Assembly (NCBI GenBank): GCA_951406725.2
Contig: OX597815.1
Span: forward strand, 48,360,001-48,424,000
DNA from: Octopus vulgaris
Lineage: Eukaryota
Direction of reading: 5' to 3'
Length of the DNA: 64,000 bases
Made by a program: the position numbers and the translations under genes. Under the pieces are notes generated by a model, which was not told where the DNA came from, searched no databases, and worked only from the letters and a program-made list of their open reading frames with translations. Shown here piece by piece: positions 56,630-64,000 of this stretch (positions within the stretch are counted from its first letter, which is position 1; each line of letters opens with the position of its first letter).

Positions 56630-57640
56630 TCTTTTATGTTTATCTTTTACTTATTTCAGTCATTAGACTGTGGCCATGTTGGGGCACCGCCTTAAAGTGT
56701 TTTAGTCAAAGAAATTTCTCCCTGTACTTGTTTTTTGAAGTCTATTACTTATTCTATTGAACACTTTTGCTGAAGCACAAAGTTGTGGATGTAAATAAAC
56801 CAACATTTGTTGTCACACAATGAGGAGACAGACACAAGCACAAAGACATTCATACATACATACTTGCATACATGCATACATACATACATACATACATACA
56901 TACATACACACATACATACATACATGTGTGTCTATGTTTATGCATGTATGTATGTATGTATGTATGTATGTATGACAGGCTTCTTTCAGTTTCCCACTAA
57001 CAAATTCACTGACAAGGCTTTAGTTGGCCCAGGGCTATAGTAGAAGACACTTGCCTGAGGTGCCATGCAGAAGGACTGAACCTGAAACCAAGTGGCTAGG
57101 AAGTAAACCTCTTACCACACAGTCATGCCAGCATCTGTGTTCTCAGACAAAATTGGAAACCCATTCACTCCTTTCACAGATACTTATTTTCTTCTTTTCT
57201 TAACTTTTCTGGTTAATTATGACAGGCATGGTTGTGTGGTAAGAAGCTTGCTTCTCGACCACATGGTTTTGGGTTCAGTCTCACTGTGTGGTACCTTGGG
57301 CTTGTGTCTTCTACTATAGCCTTGGGCAGACTAATGCCTTGTGAGTGAATGTGATAGATGGAAACTGAAAGAAGCTCATCATATGTATATGTGTGTGAGT
57401 TTGTGTATGTGTGTGTATGTGCATGCACGTGTCTTTGAGCCTGTGTTTGTCCCCCACCACTACTTAACAACTGGTGTTGGTGTGTTTACATCCGTGTAAC
57501 TTAGAGTCTCGGCAAAAGTGACTGATAGAATAAGTACCAGGCTTTAAAAAAATAGCACAGGTGTCAATTCATTTGACTAAAATTTCTTCAAGATGGTGCC
57601 CCAGCATGGCCAGAGTCTAATGACTGAAAAAAGTAAAAGA
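56630..57640. mobile_element. Head-to-head SINE family A pair (56630-57130 minus, 57223-57640 plus)
   Basis: Family A motifs on opposite strands, ~90 bp apart. Confidence 0.85.
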
Positions 57641-57894
57641 TAACAGATAATGCATCTGCTTGTATCTGTGTATTGAATGCCCAGAAAGTTTTCTACCCTT
57701 CTCATCTCTCCTGATTGAATTAATATATATGTGTGTGTGTGTGTGTGCGTGCGTGTGTGTGTATGTGTGTGTGTGTATAAAAAATATAAATGCACTGTTC
57801 TCTACTAAGCTATTTGCTAGGTGTCTTCTGAAAAAGACAAGATGGTTTTGCATCATGGATCTCTCAGAATCTCTTCTAGTCTATACACTGAGAT

Positions 57895-58133
57895 CAGTGG
57901 TTCCCAAGCTTTTTCAGGCTGCTGCCCCTTGACATCCAAGCTGCATTCCTAGCAACTCACACTCTACCACTCACCACTACCTTAATCTAATTAACCCATT
58001 AATTTAGTTCTTTTTTTACATCCATTGCTTCCTTTTGGTCACCTCATTATTACCCACCTCTCTTTTCTTCCATTCCCCCTTGATCCTTCCACCATCTCTG
58101 AGGGTGCAGTATCGCCCACTTTGGGAACCACTG
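57895..58133. mobile_element. hAT/Charlie-like MITE
   Basis: Perfect 13-bp TIRs CAGTGGTTCCCAA / TTGGGAACCACTG; no clear 8-bp TSD. Confidence 0.75.
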
Positions 58134-58579
58134 AGAACATAATATACATAGTTATGGCAGTAGTTATTGTTTATCTGAAACAGCTGTAAAGATGAAACTT
58201 GATTATATGTTTTATTTCTATACATGTTTTCCATATGTATGCAAATGCCTACTTTTAATTATCTGTTGTTTTTTTTCTTTTTTCTGCTTCCATACTCACT
58301 GGACAAAGATAGTTCAACTTTCCATCTCAGTACAGCCTACCCTGGACAAAGGTAATGGAGTTTAAATTTCAGATATATTTGAGCATTTCCTAGTAACTCT
58401 CTATACCACACTCATTCTCTCTCTGTTTATTTTCCCTTATTCCTTTCTTTTGAAGAGCATAGACTTGAAACGTAAAAGACTTTTTCATTTTCCTGAGCAT
58501 CAAACTGATAAGCCTGCTTGTTGTTCATACACCTGTCTTCATCTTTTGTTTTTCTATAAATTTCTACTATATATATGTA

Positions 58580-58915
58580 TATGGCTCAGTGGTTAGAGTG
58601 TCGAGCTTACGATCGTGAGGTTGTGAGCTCAAATCCCGGACCGGGCTGCGTGTTGTGTTCTTGAACAAGACACTTTATTTCACGTTGCTCCAGTTCACTC
58701 AGCTGTAGAAATGAGTTGCGACATCACTGGTGCCAAGCTGTATCGACCTTTGTCTTTTCCTTGGATAACACTGGTGGCGTGGAGAGGGGAGGCCGGTATG
58801 CATGGGCGACTGCTGGTCTTCCATAAACAACCTTGCCCAGACTTGTGTCTAGGAGGTTAACTTTCTAGGTGCAATCCCATGGTCATTCATGACCGAAGGG
58901 GGTCTTTACCCTTTT
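58580..58915 (+). mobile_element. tRNA-derived SINE family C, well preserved
   Basis: TGGCTCAGTGGTTAGAG..GAGCTCAAATCCC head; body matches 5258-5590. Confidence 0.9.
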
Positions 58916-59914
58916 AAGTAATAATATATATGTATATAGTAATAATAACAATAATCCTTGGATGGAATTTAAAAACATTTAATGCATCACTACACCGTTT
59001 CCACATATTGATGCAACCCTAAAAACTGGCTCAGTAGTAAGCAGCATTTGACTGTGGCTGGCATAATGGAATTGGAACTCTATTTGCTTATTCAAAACGT
59101 TTCCTAGGCATTAAGGAAGGGCATCCAGCCAGAGAAACAAAGCGAAAAGTGACACTGGATCACAATGCAATTCTTGGATCCATCTATTCTGTCAAACCAT
59201 CTAATACATGCCATTATGGATTTTGGCTGTTAAATGATGATCTTGATATATATACATAATGTGTGTGAGTATATTAGTATGTTACATATTTATCTAACAC
59301 TATACATTATGAATACATGAATATATGTATTAAGTAAGTATGCATTATATAGTAAATCTAAGCATCCACTGTATCTTCAGTGAGTTTGTGTCTGTGCATG
59401 TATATGTACAAAGAATATGTACAAACATGTCTGTGAGTATGTGTAAATTTATGTATCTAAGCATATATTGATGGTTGGATTGGTGAGGAGGTGGACAGAT
59501 GGAAAGATTATCCACTCAAAGCTTTTGTTCAGTCAGCACTAAACGACAATTCCTTGTTACTAAAGTTAGCTAAACAAAGTATCAATTGTTAACAATTGTT
59601 AACCAATGACAGCTTTCCAAAAGCCGTAGTGCCTAGCATTGTAATTTCAATCAAATCTTTCTTAACTTCAATCAGCTCACTGGAAATACTTGAAGTAAGG
59701 AATGTCAATAATAGCAAAACAAGCTTGATCTCATGATACTGGTTGGCCTACAATTTATCAGTTGTCATAGCTTATGTCATGGCTGATTCAAGATGAAAAC
59801 ACAGAGATCTGATCAGCTATATAATACTAAAATTTTGCTTGTATGTTCCTTAAATGTTATGTAAACAGTTTATTCTGCAGCAAAAATGCGTCAACTAATG
59901 CTCTCTTGAATCTT

Positions 59915-60147
59915 CTTCTTTTATCTCTTTCTTGTTTCAGTATTAGACTGAGACCATGCTGGGGCACTGTCTAGGAGAATTTTTTTTTCGTAAGTTGAAT
60001 GAATCGACCATAGTACATAGTATGTTTTTATATAAGCCTGGTACTTATTCGATCATTCTCTGTTGCTGAACCACTAAATTATAGGGACATAAATACACTG
60101 GCACCAGTTGAGCGATGGTGGGTTCAAAAACACAGACACAGAATCAT

Positions 60148-60178
<31 letters not shown>

Positions 60179-60352
60179 TATATATATACAACAGGTTTCT
60201 TTCAGTTTCCGTCTCCTAAATCCACTGGCAAGGCTTTGGTTGACTTGAGGCTATAGTAGAAGACATTTGCCCAAGATACCACACAGAGGGGCTGAACCCA
60301 GAAACATGTGGTTGGGAAGTAAGCTTCTTTACACACTACCATGCCTGTGCCT
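59915..60352 (-). mobile_element. SINE family A
   Basis: Full reverse-complement copy. Confidence 0.85.
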
Positions 60353-60794
60353 ATAATCATAGCCATTCCACACAAAAATAACTTCCATTATGTTCCTGGG
60401 TCCTGGAAAATGCAAAATGGAAGAATTGATTTCATCAACAGAGAAAAATTATCTTCTATCTATTAAAGTGAAACAATAGAAAATAATGCAATCATATAGA
60501 AACAAATACAGATATACATATGAAAACAGTTACACACATACATATATATACAAATATGTGTACAAGCTGGATGCTTTTTATGTGCCACCAGCATGAGGAC
60601 CAGTCAGGTGGTACTGGCATTGGCCACGCTTGAATGGTGCTTTTTATGTGCCACTGGCACGGAAACCAATCAAGCAGCACAGACAATGACATATATATAT
60701 ATATATATATATATAATAAATATTAGGGAATAAATCCAAATTTACAGGGAAAAAATCAGATTTAGGATTAAATCCAATTTTATAGTAAAATATT

Positions 60795-61080
60795 ATATAA
60801 TATTAATTCGAGACAATACCACTATTTTGCAAAACAAACAAGGAAAGACTTAATCAATACATAAAAATTTTAATATAAAGTAAATAAACCGCCACTACAA
60901 TTGTTTCATGTCTGATTAGAACTAATTAAAACTGATTAGAAGATCGGAAATCCACCTGACGAATGTCATTTGAAGACATGAAACAATTGTAGTGGCGGTT
61001 TATTTACTTTATATTAAAATTTTTATGTATTGATTAAGTCTTTCCTTGTTTGTTTTGCAAAATAGTGGTTTTGTCTCGAA

Positions 61081-61091
<11 letters not shown>
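60795..61091. repeat. Divergent inverted pair (~118-bp arms, 60795-60912 / 60974-61091) of a hammerhead-bearing pLTR
   Basis: Arms almost identical in reverse complement; element bounded by (TA)n. Confidence 0.9.
60952..60995 (+). ncRNA. Intact type I hammerhead ribozyme
   Basis: ccac CTGACGA atgtc-atttgaa-gacat GAAA CAATTG TA gtgg; all stems Watson-Crick, palindromic CAATTG. Confidence 0.9.
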
Positions 61092-61131
<40 letters not shown>

Positions 61132-61211
61132 TAAATAAATGGTACAACGAAGCACCGATATCTACTGGCTATCCTTTACTGGAAAGCAATACTCTCGTAT
61201 TGCATTACTAT

Positions 61212-61254
<43 letters not shown>

Positions 61255-61714
61255 GGCAAATTGATGCATTGATGCACCTGAATTGGAAAAACTTGTAATT
61301 GTTTAAAATAAATTTATTTACATATATACCAAACTAGGTTCAACAATATTTTTTGCTTATCAATGGTAACAATTTAGAATTATGAATTAGAAAAACATCT
61401 TTAAAAGTTTCAATGTTGACAAATTAAAATGTTCATAACAGACAAATTTTGAATTATAAATTAGAAAACCATGTTCAAAAATTTCGATGTTGATAAGTTT
61501 GAATGTTCAGGACAGTCAATAATATTAAGATTGTGAATAAATTTGTTTGAATGTACAAAGCTCATTAGGGTTAGTAGTGATCAACAAGAAATGAATATCA
61601 TCAAAGTTTCAGTCATACTGAGTTAAGAGGAGAAAACTTGTGTATAGGAACATTCATTTGTAGTGGTGTGTTTTGGAATCTGGTGTATTTATAATTTTTT
61701 CCATAAGTATGCTT

Positions 61715-61928
61715 TATTTATTTAAACGGAATTGGATTGAAGTGTTTGTGGTACATTGATAGAGATGGAAGATTTGGTATTTTGGGTTTGTTTTGGGGGT
61801 ATTGGTCTAAGTGTTTGCCCTCAGGAATTTTCCTAGTTGTGAGGTCCCAGGTTTGTTGCCTGTGCACTGTTAGTCTATTCCTCAAGGTTAAACTAGTTCG
61901 ACCTATGTAGTTTCCACTACATCTTCCA
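61715..61928 (-). pseudogene. Penelope-like GIY-YIG endonuclease fragment (second family)
   Basis: CGRCSGNYIGRTSLTLRNRLTVHRQQ..KIPEGKHL. Confidence 0.75.
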
Positions 61929-61982
61929 CATACACACACACACACAAACACAAACACACACACACTCATACACAAACACACA

Positions 61983-62199
61983 CGTGGGAGTGCTGAAAAG
62001 TTCCTGGCTCTGAGTAAAAGAAAATACAGGAAGATCAGTTAATTATGATTTTATTGAACACATTCCCCTTCTCAGATTCGCACAGTTATTGCAGCAGACT
62101 CTCAGTTTTTCTAAGCCTTGTAAAAGAACTCAGAAGGTTGTTGGGCCTCTAACCAAGTCTTTCATGAAACCATTAAAGCCAAGAACATTTTAGCACCAC

Positions 62200-62203
<4 letters not shown>
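61983..62203. mobile_element. Mariner-derived MITE
   Basis: TIRs GTGCTGAAAAGTTCCTGGCT / AGCCAAGAACATTTTAGCAC; TA at right flank. Confidence 0.75.
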
Positions 62204-62245
<42 letters not shown>

Positions 62246-62410
62246 ATTGATATAGGATAAAATTTTTTTTGGGAAAAAAAATTTTATCAATGGCCAGCAT
62301 ATCAAAAAATGCCTTTAAAGGTAAAATTTATACATAATTTACAAGATAAGGGCAGAAGAAAAATTCTAATGCCAGATACTCCGAAACAAAAAATTGTCGA
62401 TAACCATTAA

Positions 62411-62453
<43 letters not shown>

Positions 62454-62460
62454 CATACAC

Positions 62461-62545
<85 letters not shown>

Positions 62546-63711
62546 TATATATATATCAATTATAATCAAAGATAAATTCTATATAGGATTTTATCCTTGT
62601 TTATAATTGATAAATATGTATTCACTTCAACCAAATTTATTCACTGCTGAATTACTTTGATGAATGCACTAGATTTTTAACTTGTGTAAACATTTTTATA
62701 TGCACTCTGGATACGTTGTATATGTTTATAATTATGTACTTTTGCTTATGGTAAAGTGGTATTACATCACTAAACCAGAAATCCATCTAAGGCTAAACTT
62801 TTTTGTTCATTCCTTTGCTTTCAGAGCCAGCCATTTGACTTTATTTTCTGGCATGTAGCATTACAGTGTAGTTGCCCTTAATATAATTTTATAATTATAT
62901 TTATAAAATTATATATATGTATGTATGTATATGTATATATTCTTTGTTTGTCTCTCTCTCTCTCTCACTTTTACTTGATCTGTCCCCTTCTCTCTCTACT
63001 CATCCTCTTTTTCTCTTCTCTTTCCTCTGATTCTTTGGTCTAATCTTCCACTACCTTCCTATTTCTTTGTCTCGCTCTGCACTCACAGGTCGCTCTTCGA
63101 CACCCATCCCTTCTCCTCTCTGATTCCTTCTTTCTCTCTCTTCTCTCTCTTTGTTGCGTTTGTCCCTCCTCTCTCTCTCTCTTCCGTTGCTTCTCTTTCT
63201 TTTCTTTTCTCTCTTCTCTGTCACGTGACTGCTGGCCGAAATCTGCCTTTCAGCTTCTGACCAGCGTCGTGTTAACATCGTTGTTTTTCGTCCGCCGCTA
63301 TAGGCATCGCCGATAAGGCTCCTTTCCTTGCGCCAGAGAAAAAAATTGTTTGCTTGTTATCAGTCGTAAGACACTTGTTGTTGTTTTCACCGTTAATGCT
63401 TCTGTATTTCATGTTTCTGTATTCCATTATTTTTTGTTTTTTTATATTCGTCCCTTTTGCTGTCCTGGTGTCCGTATGCATTTGATCCTTCTTCCAGGAA
63501 ATCTACGCTCCCAGCTTAGTTTTTCTAATGCTCGTTGCTTAGTTTTTCTTGGAGGGCTGGCCGTGATCTAGTAATCTCAAGATTAATCAGCCGAAATTAC
63601 TACGATGATCCGGTTCTTGACTGAAGACTGAGGGTTTCGAATGTCCTGTCCGTGTTTATTGTATCGTCTTCTTGAGTTATACGTTCTTGTCCATGTTGTA
63701 TTTTTCATACC

Positions 63712-63759
<48 letters not shown>

Positions 63760-63774
63760 TATATGTATATATAT

Positions 63775-63920
63775 ATACAATGGACTTCTTTCAGTTTCCA
63801 TCTACCAAATCCACTCTCAAGGCTTTGATCAGCCTGAGGCTATAGAAGACATTTGCTCAAGGCACCACACAGTGGGACTGAACCTGAATTAACGTGGTTG
63901 GGATGCAAACTTCTTACCTG
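63775..63920 (-). mobile_element. SINE family A 5' half
   Basis: Reverse-complement head. Confidence 0.75.
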
Positions 63921-64000
63921 TACCTATAGTTATATATCAGCTCATACAAGATTATCCATTCTTGAAAATATTTGTGCTGTACTGTATATTAGATGAGACA

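Noticed and set aside
58580-58650. tRNA gene
   Set aside because: tRNA-like SINE head running into the SINE body; no proper acceptor stem or terminator
63618-63650. CTGAAGA..CGAA hammerhead
   Set aside because: No stem II or stem I pairing and no GAAA..UH

Overview
AT-rich, microsatellite-saturated eukaryotic non-coding DNA (intron or intergenic). The tRNA-derived SINE families, RTE LINEs and (TA)/(TATG)/(CA) arrays strongly resemble an octopus (coleoid cephalopod) genome; this is inferred from repeat content. No host protein-coding exon could be supported, and nearly all long ORFs in the track are microsatellite artefacts. Real coding remnants are all decayed transposons: an RTE LINE with a PHD-like finger and an in-frame 15-bp minisatellite, two Penelope-like (RT thumb/GIY-YIG) fragments, R4/Dong-like REL retroelements, and two Tc1/mariner transposases. 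There are also MITEs and Helitron-like pieces. The most striking signal is at least six unrelated short repeat families, each carrying a minimal type I hammerhead ribozyme with a palindromic stem III. Five of them sit as divergent inverted pairs, and two show compensatory core changes (U3:A8 and G3:C8 instead of C3:G8). One family is the terminal repeat of a Penelope-like element and fuses a tRNA-like Pol III promoter, a trinucleotide array and the hammerhead. All coordinates were read by eye and are approximate at repeat edges.
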